The notes beneath the pieces are model-generated. The model worked only from the letters and a program-made list of their open reading frames with translations. It was not told where the DNA came from and searched no databases. Both the position numbers and the translations under genes were made by a program. Below, piece after piece: positions 9,242 to 18,824 of a stretch of DNA of 64,000 bases. The stretch's first letter is position 1, and each line of letters starts with the position of its first letter. This DNA comes from a virus. The stretch is from the IMG/VR virus record IMGVR_UViG_3300048997_000130, positions 132,677 through 196,676 of that record, one strand, 5' to 3'.

Positions 9242-9772
9242 ATGGCTATTATTAAAGGATCTTGGATAATCAATATTGATGCGAATAAACCCAATATTGT
9301 ACGAGAATTTGAATATCAATTTATTTATTCCAATCAAATAAACGCTATAAACGCTTTGATTATATCTGTTGATTTCATATCAGAGCCTAAAAAAGCATTT
9401 GTTGATGTTCGAATGAATATTATTAGGCATAATTTCTATCAAAAATGTCTTGTTCACTACAATGAATTCAAGAATCCCTATCATTTGCCATTGATACTTG
9501 CTTTAAGACAAACTCGAGAGTTCTTGGATTCAATTGATGCTGCTGGTAGTTATGTAAATATGAATGACGTTTGGAAAGTTGATAAAGATAAATTCATATG
9601 TGATATAAAAGATTGTATTTTTAAGGAACTTTCAGAATTCTTACCAATTGTTGTTCGGAACCATGCTCGGAAGTCCCTTACTGATTTGCATGGTTTTCCT
9701 GGGCTTTTATCTGATTCCGATATCGATGAGCTGATTGCGGAAATCCGAGTTTCTGGAGTTATGAAACAATAA
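9242..9772 (+). CDS. hypothetical protein, array A, tag family
   Basis: Ends LLSDSDIDELIAEIRVSGVMKQ. Confidence 0.72.
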   Translation: MAIIKGSWIINIDANKPNIVREFEYQFIYSNQINAINALIISVDFISEPKKAFVDVRMNIIRHNFYQKCLVHYNEFKNPYHLPLILALRQTREFLDSIDAAGSYVNMNDVWKVDKDKFICDIKDCIFKELSEFLPIVVRNHARKSLTDLHGFPGLLSDSDIDELIAEIRVSGVMKQ

Positions 9773-9796
9773 ATTAAAGAAGGGAATTGGGATTTA

Positions 9797-10285
9797 TTGA
9801 AAATTAATACAATCGTTGAACAAACCAATCATACTCAAAATTCTTTGATATTATTTCGTGATTCGGATGAATTAGTATATGATTTCCCGTACAATATCGT
9901 TAGTTTAGCCAGTATTCAAATAAGTATTGACCAAGCAACATTGGAAGCGACTATTTCAATATGGATTGAAAGCGGAATAGCAGTTTCCGGATGTTTTTCA
10001 CCGTCTTCTGACATAAATCTCGATGTTATTCTCGAACATCTACAGTATAAATTGAAGATCGAAGCAAAATTGATATATGAGAAACAATATCAATTTTACG
10101 CCCAATTTATTGAATATTTAATGGAACAAACTACGAACTTATTAAATAAATATATTCGAATGGCAATTCGTGATAATATTCGTCAACATTTATCACTGAT
10201 AAACAATCTTCATCGATATATTTCAGACGAAGAATATGATATTATACTCTCAGAATCTCGAGTCCGCAGAGTTATGGCTATCTAA
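9797..10285 (+). CDS. hypothetical protein, array A, tag family
   Basis: Ends YISDEEYDIILSESRVRRVMAI. Confidence 0.72.
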   Translation: MKINTIVEQTNHTQNSLILFRDSDELVYDFPYNIVSLASIQISIDQATLEATISIWIESGIAVSGCFSPSSDINLDVILEHLQYKLKIEAKLIYEKQYQFYAQFIEYLMEQTTNLLNKYIRMAIRDNIRQHLSLINNLHRYISDEEYDIILSESRVRRVMAI

Positions 10286-10770
10286 TGACTAAAATTCATA
10301 TTAAATGGATATCTACTTATAGAGAATTGCAATCAGAACTTATTTATGAATATCCTATTGATATTCGAGGAGATGATATAATTATCCCTGTCAATTTTAA
10401 TATTTCTCTTTATTCTTTAAGTATTAATATAAAATTGTGTCTGGATGACAAACTAAAATGGGTTTCTGATATTTATTTCCAAGATTTACGAAATAAAAAT
10501 CCTGACGAACTATTGAAGAACATGCCCGATATGATCGAAGACTTATTTACTAAAAAAGGATGGATGCAAAATATTGATACGTCTCGAACATTAATAAAAA
10601 TTATTTGCAATCGCGTTTTGGACGATTTACAACAGCAACTACAGAATGTGCTCCAAATTTGGACGAGAGATAATATTCGGCAAATTTGTGAATTCTCTCG
10701 TTATATATCGGATGAATTTGTTGATAAAACAATCGCTGAATGTAGAATTAAGCGAATTATGGACGAATAA
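10285..10770 (+). CDS. hypothetical protein, array A, tag family
   Basis: Ends YISDEFVDKTIAECRIKRIMDE. Confidence 0.72.
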   Translation: MTKIHIKWISTYRELQSELIYEYPIDIRGDDIIIPVNFNISLYSLSINIKLCLDDKLKWVSDIYFQDLRNKNPDELLKNMPDMIEDLFTKKGWMQNIDTSRTLIKIICNRVLDDLQQQLQNVLQIWTRDNIRQICEFSRYISDEFVDKTIAECRIKRIMDE

Positions 10771-11313
10771 ATGGATACTTTTCCTATTATAGCTGTTTGG
10801 AGTACCATCAATCCCGATAAAGTCATATCTAAAAACGAATATACGACGTTCGGATTCGGACCACAGATTGAAGAAATTAGAATTAATTTCACAGTGAGCT
10901 CTTATTCTAATTTGAATGTAGAAGTGGGAGTAATATTTATCTCTAAAAATCTCGGCCAAATTGATGAATATAGAACATTATATTCATCCGACATGTCTAA
11001 ATCTGGGATTCAATCATTTTTAAATGAATCTCGGAATTCATTATGGGCTGAATGCAAATTAAAACATATTGAGAAATGGAAAATCGCTCCGACAATTAAC
11101 ACAGTTAAAGAAGTCAATCAGCAACTATCCAAACTTCTTGATATTATTAACGAGATAATATCAAATGAATTAATGATGAAGCTCCCTGAATGCGCAGCTC
11201 GTTATTTGAAATGGATTGTTAAAATTATTCATGAGTTGCCTGAATTGTTATCTGATGAGACTATAGACGATTATATTAATAGGTTCCGAGTAAATAGAGT
11301 GATGGAATCATAA
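10771..11313 (+). CDS. hypothetical protein, array A, tag family
   Basis: Ends LLSDETIDDYINRFRVNRVMES. Confidence 0.72.
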   Translation: MDTFPIIAVWSTINPDKVISKNEYTTFGFGPQIEEIRINFTVSSYSNLNVEVGVIFISKNLGQIDEYRTLYSSDMSKSGIQSFLNESRNSLWAECKLKHIEKWKIAPTINTVKEVNQQLSKLLDIINEIISNELMMKLPECAARYLKWIVKIIHELPELLSDETIDDYINRFRVNRVMES

Positions 11314-11676
11314 ATGGACAGCCATTCTCAACTTATTGCGCTTCGAGATTCTCTTTGGGCACAACGACATCGGAATCATGCACTAGATCCAACTATTTAT
11401 TTCCTTCTAGAACTCAAGAACATCATTCTTAGAGGTGATGAATATGCTATAGATAAAGCAAACTGTAGGAATCATATTCTGCTCAATCTTCAAGTGGATT
11501 TGTCCGGATTTGGCGCGGATTACGGTCCATTTAAAGATGATATTGATATGCTTGTAAACGAAACTAATCTTCTAATTTCCAAAATTTGGAAAGATCTTCA
11601 AGATCATATTAGTTCTGGATCTATATGTTCTCACATTTTGCGAACCGTTCTAATACAGTTTCCGAAAGTTCCGTAA
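11314..11676 (+). CDS. hypothetical protein
   Basis: 120-aa ORF abutting the previous stop. Confidence 0.6.
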   Translation: MDSHSQLIALRDSLWAQRHRNHALDPTIYFLLELKNIILRGDEYAIDKANCRNHILLNLQVDLSGFGADYGPFKDDIDMLVNETNLLISKIWKDLQDHISSGSICSHILRTVLIQFPKVP

Positions 11677-11759
11677 ATCTTTATAACTAATTCATAATAT
11701 ATGATGGAGATAAGAGATTGTAAATGTAAAGTAAAGACAAGTAATAAAGTTACGAATCA

Positions 11760-11786
11760 CGGCCCTTGGTGGAATCGGCAGACACG
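11760..11786 (+). pseudogene. 5' half fragment of a tRNA-Leu-like gene
   Basis: CGGCCCT-TG-GTG-GAATCGGCAGA-CAC-G is an acceptor strand plus a Leu-type D-arm; no matching 3' half seen nearby. Confidence 0.5.
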
Positions 11787-12506
11787 ATAATAACTAATAT
11801 GTATAAGAGCAATAATCATAGATCTAAATATTCATATAATATCGAGATCTTTGAAAAATCTGACCCGATTGCTTATTATATATTAGGAGTTATTGCTACT
11901 GACGGTGCTTTGTTTGAATCATCAAGATACAGGATGTTTAAGATTGATTCTAAGGATAAAGATTGGTTGGAATCAATACGAGACATTATAGTTCCTGGCA
12001 AACCTCTTTACGAATATAAAAATAAAAATCTTTATACACTGTCTATTTATTGTCGTCCAATATTTGATTGGGTTAAATCTAATGGCATGACGCCAAATAA
12101 AACGTTGACTCTAAAGATGCCGAGGATAAACCATTTTTATTACCGAGATTTTTTGAGAGGCGTGATTGATGGTGATGGTTCCGTAAGTCTTTGCAAAATG
12201 AATGGTTACGACAGTGTGTATATGAAAATAATTACTGCCAGCGAAGTATTTGCAAATGAATTGAATTTTATTTTATCAGAATTATTTGAAAAGCCTACCG
12301 CTTTCACAGAAATTAGACATAGTAAATTGGCTAAGCCAAGTTCTCCTACAACTCGTGCATTCCGAGTTCAATATGGTGGTCGTAGAGCAGTCAAATTTCT
12401 AGATGGAATCTATTATGATCATAAATTACTTAAATTAGAAAGGAAATTCCAAAATTATATGAAGATAAAACAAATATTTGTTGATACTGATCGTAGGTAT
12501 GACTGA
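11766..12506 (+). CDS. LAGLIDADG homing endonuclease (two motifs; ATG at 11799 is the likely start)
   Basis: AYYILGVIATDGAL and RDFLRGVIDGDGSV motifs; C-terminal KLERK typical of this family. Confidence 0.85.
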   Translation: MVESADTIITNMYKSNNHRSKYSYNIEIFEKSDPIAYYILGVIATDGALFESSRYRMFKIDSKDKDWLESIRDIIVPGKPLYEYKNKNLYTLSIYCRPIFDWVKSNGMTPNKTLTLKMPRINHFYYRDFLRGVIDGDGSVSLCKMNGYDSVYMKIITASEVFANELNFILSELFEKPTAFTEIRHSKLAKPSSPTTRAFRVQYGGRRAVKFLDGIYYDHKLLKLERKFQNYMKIKQIFVDTDRRYD

Positions 12507-12512
12507 AATAAT

Positions 12513-12598
12513 GCCCTGGTGGTGGAATGGTATACACTCCGCGCTTAAAACGCGGCGCCTTAGCCGGATTGTGGGTTCGAGTCCCACCCAGGGTACCA
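12513..12598 (+). tRNA. trnL: tRNA-Leu(UAA)
   Basis: GCCCTGG/CCAGGGT acceptor, CCGCG-CTTAAAA-CGCGG anticodon arm, long variable arm, GGTTCGAGTCC T-arm, encoded CCA. Confidence 0.93.
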
Positions 12599-12745
12599 TA
12601 GTGGAGTTTAAGATTGCCGAGGGTTCGAGTAATCGGTCAATTTCCTCCATTAGTTTCCTGTTAGATGATTCATTTATAAATTTGTTTAATATCGAGAGCT
12701 CGACATCTTGTAAACGAATGGAATGGATTATCTAGACAGGAACCT

Positions 12746-13015
12746 ATGATATTTTTGAATTTTGGATATTTATTTGATACTGTGACAACGTCAAATAAAT
12801 TATCGATCAATCCAACTGTTCATCAATCAGGACATACTGTCCTTGATGAGCGTAATGCAAATTGGTTTAAGCGACTCCCTGTCCACAAGAAAGTGGACTA
12901 TTTTATCAAAAATGGGATGGGAATTCGAGCTATCGCTAAAGAACTGCATCTGCCTAAGAAGACAGTTCGAGCTATTCTGCATAGTAACGTTCTGAAGGAT
13001 GTCATGCAATCGTGA
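12746..13015 (+). CDS. helix-turn-helix protein with C-terminal tag
   Basis: GMGIRAIAKELHLPKKTVRAIL; ends VLKDVMQS. Confidence 0.7.
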   Translation: MIFLNFGYLFDTVTTSNKLSINPTVHQSGHTVLDERNANWFKRLPVHKKVDYFIKNGMGIRAIAKELHLPKKTVRAILHSNVLKDVMQS

Positions 13016-13135
13016 AGATTTAGTGAATAAGTTTGACGATTTTACGTATGCACATCCCTTGTTATCTTTGCCTATTGTAGTGGTTTTAGCCGTGTCTTTG
13101 CCCATTTATGTTTTCGCTGCTAAGCGAATTCTTAA

Positions 13136-13339
13136 ATGGCAGCGGTCATGAACTGGCAAGAATCTAAATCTTGGTGGTCATTGTCGAACGACGATAAAAA
13201 TCGACTTCGCTCTCGTATTCAAGAACTTCGCCAAGAAGGTTTCATGGTTCGTTCAATCGCTAAATGGCTTGGAATCACTCGTTTAGTTGTTCGAGATTGT
13301 TTGCATGAAATTTTGACATCAGAAATCATGGATTCTTAG
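13136..13339 (+). CDS. helix-turn-helix protein with C-terminal tag
   Basis: GFMVRSIAKWLGITRLVVRDCL; ends TSEIMDS. Confidence 0.7.
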   Translation: MAAVMNWQESKSWWSLSNDDKNRLRSRIQELRQEGFMVRSIAKWLGITRLVVRDCLHEILTSEIMDS

Positions 13340-13674
13340 TTTACAGCCATACTGCGTAGTCCTCGCTTTAGAGATTCGTTGGCTCGCAATATACCATCTT
13401 TGAATTCTTGGACTTGACCCGTACATGCTGCTAAAATAGCAGCACTTATCCATAACGTTGTATCTTGGATAATGTCTTGTGGTAAGTTAATATTAATGGA
13501 CGCGTCATTTATATTATCCAGCGCGTCACAAGCTCTCAACACAGTCCTAGGACCATCCAACTTTTCTAATTGTCTTAAATCATAAGCCACATTTGGCATG
13601 CCTCTTGATTCAAATATTATGGGCAAAAATGTGCGAATAATTATATCAGCTTTTGGGAGTAATATGTTTTTCAA
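13336..13674 (-). CDS. hypothetical protein
   Basis: 112-aa ORF convergent on 13136..13339. Confidence 0.55.
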   Translation of the reverse strand: MKNILLPKADIIIRTFLPIIFESRGMPNVAYDLRQLEKLDGPRTVLRACDALDNINDASININLPQDIIQDTTLWISAAILAACTGQVQEFKDGILRANESLKRGLRSMAVN

Positions 13675-13792
13675 AATTCGGCTTCCATAACATTATATAA
13701 ATAACATACACAGAATTAGACACGGATCATATTATTGTTCGCACAAAACATTAATAAACTCTAATATTGGTAATATCTAATAGATAATCTAA

Positions 13793-14383
13793 ATGTCTAA
13801 TACTTCTCCATCCAGTCCGAAAGAGAAAACTCCGGAACAAGTCCGTCAGGAATTTCTGGAGATGATACATTTCAATATTCGATATTGGTCCAGCCATTCA
13901 TTAGAGAAGTCCGTGGAGGATCGCTTAAAAGGTCTAGCTTTTTCAATACTAGTGGCTATAGATGGGAATCATGCAGGCCTCCCCGCATTTATTTTGGCCC
14001 CTAATCCCGATTCTACTGATAAATCTCATCATATTAAGATGAATGAAGATTATTTTCCCGAACAAATCACTAATATCCGATGTAATATTTCAGGATCTCT
14101 CCAAGATGCACTTTATGGGATTCCGACTCCACAATTGATAGAACCAGACAGTAATCCTTATATCTGTATGGATTGCGGTCAAGATGGTTCTAGTGAGTTG
14201 GAATGTCTACATTGCCATAGTAATCAAGTATTTAATAAATACGATAACGGATGGACTTGTAGGGTTTGTAAAAAGGAGTTATCGAGCAATTACCTATCCA
14301 TCTGTTCCACAAAATGTCAAGAAGAATTTATTCAATTCGGAGAAGAGTGCTTTCCAAGTTTGCCTGTTAGCCACCCAAAGTGA
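13793..14383 (+). CDS. hypothetical protein with Cys-rich C-terminus
   Basis: CMDC, CLHC, CRVC and CSTKC in the C-terminal third. Confidence 0.7.
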   Translation: MSNTSPSSPKEKTPEQVRQEFLEMIHFNIRYWSSHSLEKSVEDRLKGLAFSILVAIDGNHAGLPAFILAPNPDSTDKSHHIKMNEDYFPEQITNIRCNISGSLQDALYGIPTPQLIEPDSNPYICMDCGQDGSSELECLHCHSNQVFNKYDNGWTCRVCKKELSSNYLSICSTKCQEEFIQFGEECFPSLPVSHPK

Positions 14384-14708
14384 ACTCGGACTCGAACTCA
14401 CTGGAGTTCTGGATAGGAATCTTATTCATAAGCTCGGTCCAATAGCCTTCTGCGCTAAAGGACTTTATAATTCCGGATGCACTCATTTAATCGATTGGAC
14501 GCATATTCCTAATATCTGTCAAAAGCCCGTTGGTCCCATTTTATTATATATTGTCAGCCCAAAAATTCGACCAGGAACCGGATTCTTTGTCCAATCTTGT
14601 ATTGATCATCATATGCAAGATGTCCAATTGACTGATCTTTGGTTCATTCGCAAACCAAATATTGAAGAACTCAATTCCTATTATATTCATACCATCATGG
14701 ACATGTAG
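14184..14708 (+). CDS. hypothetical protein, tag family (true start probably GTG 14380)
   Basis: Ends YYIHTIMDM. Confidence 0.6.
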   Translation: MVLVSWNVYIAIVIKYLINTITDGLVGFVKRSYRAITYPSVPQNVKKNLFNSEKSAFQVCLLATQSELGLELTGVLDRNLIHKLGPIAFCAKGLYNSGCTHLIDWTHIPNICQKPVGPILLYIVSPKIRPGTGFFVQSCIDHHMQDVQLTDLWFIRKPNIEELNSYYIHTIMDM

Positions 14709-14710
14709 AT

Positions 14711-15073
14711 ATGGTTTCCGATTTGATGATAACCAAAGAATCATGTGCTCTTAAATATTCAATTCGTCAACTCCAACAACAATTAAATTTAGAGCCTGAT
14801 GGCGAACTCACAGCTTTATTGATTCCAGCTTTGAAACCTGGTTTATTTTTCCCTAAATATTTAAATTGTAATTTTGAACACAGTATAATATGGCGCTGTC
14901 AACGGCCAGCTTACGGTTTCGTTCTATTTCATGATATCAAACCGGAATCACGCATTGTTGTGACATGTTGCGAACAACATCCAATATCAATTGTTAAATT
15001 CGGTTGGAATTTCCGATTGTTGACGAGTATTGAACGATCAGAATTAATTATTTTGCAAATCATGAATTCATAA
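14711..15073 (+). CDS. hypothetical protein, tag family
   Basis: Ends LIILQIMNS. Confidence 0.68.
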   Translation: MVSDLMITKESCALKYSIRQLQQQLNLEPDGELTALLIPALKPGLFFPKYLNCNFEHSIIWRCQRPAYGFVLFHDIKPESRIVVTCCEQHPISIVKFGWNFRLLTSIERSELIILQIMNS

Positions 15074-15120
15074 GTTATATAATGGAAATCTTCCGACATT
15101 CTTTGTAAGTTTTTGAATAT

Positions 15121-15675
15121 ATGTCTCCAAGAACTGGTATTATATTCTTGCTTGAGAATCTTCAAATTGCCTCCGAAATTGGCAGAGTTGCCGAACGTTT
15201 GGCCGGAGCTCGATTGTTACATGCTCAACTGAATATATATGAGCCTCTCATCGATGGTCCTGATAAATCTTTAAGGTTCAGTCATTTTTTCCATATTTCT
15301 GATGGACTAGATAATCAGTTCCTTACTCAATCTTTGTTATTGAGTTTCCCGCAGTTATGTGATGTTGATCTGGTTCGCAATATTAGTGATACCAATCATA
15401 TAAATACTCCCGGGAGTAAATCTGCATATTCCACTCTCATTGACTATGTTGACAATCAATTCCGGACGCAACTTAGAGAAACCAAAGCTCGATTGAATTT
15501 GGAATTCGAGAAGTTCCAAAAAACTGATGCTTATAAACAGCAACGTATTCGGAAAGTCCAAGATTCCGCTCGTCAAGAACTCCAGAAATACTTGATACGA
15601 TATGCGGAGCTCGATGATGAATTTATCCGCAATACGATGGATACATTATTGATCCGAGATACAATGGAGCAATAG
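15121..15675 (+). CDS. hypothetical protein, tandem paralog array B, tag family
   Basis: Ends YAELDDEFIRNTMDTLLIRDTMEQ. Confidence 0.75.
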   Translation: MSPRTGIIFLLENLQIASEIGRVAERLAGARLLHAQLNIYEPLIDGPDKSLRFSHFFHISDGLDNQFLTQSLLLSFPQLCDVDLVRNISDTNHINTPGSKSAYSTLIDYVDNQFRTQLRETKARLNLEFEKFQKTDAYKQQRIRKVQDSARQELQKYLIRYAELDDEFIRNTMDTLLIRDTMEQ

Positions 15676-15677
15676 TC

Positions 15678-16262
15678 ATGGGAACCTTATCTGATTTTGA
15701 ACATTCAACTATCGCTCAAATAGTATTTAAGACTCCGGAATTATCGATATTATTGAAAAAACTTCCGAATATTTTGAAGAAGATTCGCCTACTAGATATT
15801 ACGTTAGATATTTCTAGAGAATTCAATTCTGATAATAATTCATTCTCATGTTCTATTAAGAGACGCCATTTATTATTGATTAATGGGAAAGAAATTATAA
15901 AATATAATATTTCCAATATCGGATTTTCAGATACACAACTGGATGCCGACGTCAGGGCTATTATTAGATCAAATTCTCCAATATTCTATACAGAAATGGA
16001 TTATCAACGAACTATCAATCATTTAGAAAATTTGATTAATTTGGAATTCCAAGAACATCGATTCCGGAGCCAGACGAGGATCTATCGATTAATTAAACAA
16101 TTTGTAAATACTTCACAATTCCAAACGTATCAAACAACAACCATTCGCAATGCAGCCACTCAAGACATATATTCAGTCTTGTCTGCTTATTCGCATTTGG
16201 GAGATGATTTCATAAAATCATCAATCGATACTTTTTTGATTCGCCATACGATGGATATGTGA
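15678..16262 (+). CDS. hypothetical protein, array B, tag family
   Basis: Ends YSHLGDDFIKSSIDTFLIRHTMDM. Confidence 0.75.
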   Translation: MGTLSDFEHSTIAQIVFKTPELSILLKKLPNILKKIRLLDITLDISREFNSDNNSFSCSIKRRHLLLINGKEIIKYNISNIGFSDTQLDADVRAIIRSNSPIFYTEMDYQRTINHLENLINLEFQEHRFRSQTRIYRLIKQFVNTSQFQTYQTTTIRNAATQDIYSVLSAYSHLGDDFIKSSIDTFLIRHTMDM

Positions 16263-16826
16263 ATGGCTAAATCGTTCGATTTTGATAAAGGCGTTGCAGC
16301 CATTTACGCGTCTGATGAATTTGCAACGATATCTAAGGGACTGGAATCCAGTATTAAATCTCTCAGATTTTCCGATGTCCGATTTGATGTATTCATACAG
16401 GAAAATAAATCTAAGTTAAAGATCAATGTAATATTTCTAATCCATGCAGGTGAATGCTCTGTTATAGCTCACCGCAATTTTAAGATCCGATGCAGACAAA
16501 TCATCGGGCCTTTGAACTTATTATTGCAATTTGGCCAAATCCTTGAACCATATTGTCAAAATATTCAAATTGATATTGTGAATCAATTCTTGGATACAAT
16601 GGATATTCGATTTGAAAGCATCATTGAAGAAGCCAGTATACGACTCCGGAATCAATTTTGTGAATATTTGGAAAAACCCTATTTTAAGCAAAAGAGAACA
16701 GAAGCTGTTGTAAGTTATGCTAAACAAGAAATGGATAAATTATTATCTATATTTTCTAATTTGGATTTTGAAACTTTGCAGTCTATATTTAATGAATCAA
16801 TGGTTCGTAATATAATGGAACAATAA
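16263..16826 (+). CDS. hypothetical protein, array B, tag family
   Basis: Ends FSNLDFETLQSIFNESMVRNIMEQ. Confidence 0.75.
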   Translation: MAKSFDFDKGVAAIYASDEFATISKGLESSIKSLRFSDVRFDVFIQENKSKLKINVIFLIHAGECSVIAHRNFKIRCRQIIGPLNLLLQFGQILEPYCQNIQIDIVNQFLDTMDIRFESIIEEASIRLRNQFCEYLEKPYFKQKRTEAVVSYAKQEMDKLLSIFSNLDFETLQSIFNESMVRNIMEQ

Positions 16827-16827
16827 T

Positions 16828-17442
16828 ATGAATGATCCTGTGATCAATAAAATGATAAGAAAAATTTGTTCTTATCCAGTTATTACAACAGTAATTAATA
16901 ATCATAAAGACATTATTATTAATTCAAAAATTATTGAATTCCAGTGCGAATCTGAACTCGGCATGACGCCCAGCAAATCGTTTGTCATTGCTACTACGTT
17001 ATACGCGATTGTTCAAATTTCTGAGCAGAATTATCTCATGGCATCTGAGACTATAGAATTACTCTTGGATTGGCATCCGTTTAAGGTTCAAGATATTATG
17101 CAATCGTTAGTCAATGAAGTTATCATTAAATGCGTTGAAGCGATAACTATCCAGTTCGATAGAATACTGACTGAGTCTGAATTATCATATGTTAAACTCC
17201 ATATCTATGACTTCATTAATACTACCAATTCCGAAGTTCTTAAGCAAAAATTTGATATGTTCAAAACCCAAACCAATGATTTCATAAAATCGGCTGCATT
17301 TGAACAACTACGTCGTAAGTCCACTATTAAAATTTTTGAATCATGTCTGCATGGATTCATGGGCGCATTTGAAAGCATTGATGATAACGTGATGCGCGCG
17401 GCTTTCAATTCATACTTTGTTCATACTATTATGGAATCCTGA
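16828..17442 (+). CDS. hypothetical protein, array B, tag family
   Basis: Ends FESIDDNVMRAAFNSYFVHTIMES. Confidence 0.75.
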   Translation: MNDPVINKMIRKICSYPVITTVINNHKDIIINSKIIEFQCESELGMTPSKSFVIATTLYAIVQISEQNYLMASETIELLLDWHPFKVQDIMQSLVNEVIIKCVEAITIQFDRILTESELSYVKLHIYDFINTTNSEVLKQKFDMFKTQTNDFIKSAAFEQLRRKSTIKIFESCLHGFMGAFESIDDNVMRAAFNSYFVHTIMES

Positions 17443-18117
17443 ATGCCATCGGCTATATCTCATAGAGACCCAGTCTATCATTATTTAGATATAGCCAATT
17501 TATTATATGAAACTGATACTATTCAACATTTAGTCAATTCATATATATCATATTTATCAAAATTAGAAGTTTGGGGGTTCACTATCGATTTTAATATTGT
17601 ATTGCGCAAGGGTTATGCTATGTTGTCGCCAAAAGTCCTAATGAATATTGGTCAATCTTGCAGTTCTGGGATTCTTGTTTATGATATGTATTCAGGAGCT
17701 TCTTTGCATACAATATTAAACTGTTCCAGTTTATCAATTATCTCGGACAAAATCTTACGTGGTGTTGTTACTAAATATGCAATAACTAAATATTCTGGTC
17801 AGGAATTAGAATTATTTATAACTCAATTTATGGCATATCAAGGTAACATTCAATTTTCCGGAGGATTCCCACAATTTGTGACTACTAAAATCAATAATAA
17901 TACTTCTTCGTTATTGAATGACACAGTCGTTCGATTATATGGAAAAATCGATGTTATCAAGAATAGTGCAGAATATAAAAAGCGCTACAACGAAGCTTTA
18001 GAAGAATCTGCTGAATATGATATTGGTCGATTACTAAATCTATATAAAGATGTTAAAAATTCAGTGCGACAAGAGATCCTTTCTAAATTCATTGTTACTT
18101 CAGTGATGACTGAGTAA
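17443..18117 (+). CDS. hypothetical protein, array B, tag family
   Basis: Ends YKDVKNSVRQEILSKFIVTSVMTE. Confidence 0.75.
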   Translation: MPSAISHRDPVYHYLDIANLLYETDTIQHLVNSYISYLSKLEVWGFTIDFNIVLRKGYAMLSPKVLMNIGQSCSSGILVYDMYSGASLHTILNCSSLSIISDKILRGVVTKYAITKYSGQELELFITQFMAYQGNIQFSGGFPQFVTTKINNNTSSLLNDTVVRLYGKIDVIKNSAEYKKRYNEALEESAEYDIGRLLNLYKDVKNSVRQEILSKFIVTSVMTE

Positions 18118-18149
18118 ATTCGGATTTTCAATTCATATAATATTTTGAC

Positions 18150-18824
18150 ATGGCATCCAGTTATCTCAGGATTTACGAACGATTATATATGACTCCTAAA
18201 TGTCAAAATATTATCGAAAATTTCCAATCGGCATTATCTTCGGCTAGAGTTTGTGACTACAAATTCAATGTTCGTATTGATAGCAATGATGATCTCATCA
18301 TTTCGCCGTCATTTAAAGTATCCGTTAGTCCATTCTTTGATAATTTCTCTGAACCACCAAATCGCAGACATTCTAATAATGACCATTTTTTCTCAATTGC
18401 TAGTCATTCTTACAATTTCATTTCACGAGATATTTTAGATAATATTGTTGATTATTATTGGTCCAATCCGAAAGGTTATTGGTCCAATCCGGGAAGCATT
18501 CCCACTTATGGATGCGATAAAGACGTCGTTAAAAAAGGTCGGAGTTTTACGGGGAAACGTAATGTTGATTCTTTCATAACATATTTTCGAGAGCGTGTTG
18601 ATGCAGAAACTAAAGAACTCCGGACTGAAGCCATAAATCGAACGTCCATTCAAATGGACGCCATGATATTGGATCCACAATTTGCTATTAAACGAGATGA
18701 AACAGTTGTGCATCATGCTCAAGCTGAAATTCGGAAAGTCTTGTCTATTTATAAACATCTTGGTGACGACGTACTCCGGACTGCTATTTCCAGTTTTGTA
18801 ATTGGTTCAGTTATGGACGAATGA
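18150..18824 (+). CDS. hypothetical protein, array B, tag family
   Basis: Ends YKHLGDDVLRTAISSFVIGSVMDE. Confidence 0.75.
   Translation: MASSYLRIYERLYMTPKCQNIIENFQSALSSARVCDYKFNVRIDSNDDLIISPSFKVSVSPFFDNFSEPPNRRHSNNDHFFSIASHSYNFISRDILDNIVDYYWSNPKGYWSNPGSIPTYGCDKDVVKKGRSFTGKRNVDSFITYFRERVDAETKELRTEAINRTSIQMDAMILDPQFAIKRDETVVHHAQAEIRKVLSIYKHLGDDVLRTAISSFVIGSVMDE

Noticed and set aside
11760-12598. Group I intron in tRNA-Leu
   Set aside because: No P7-type core or matching 3' exon was recognised, and the downstream tRNA is complete on its own.
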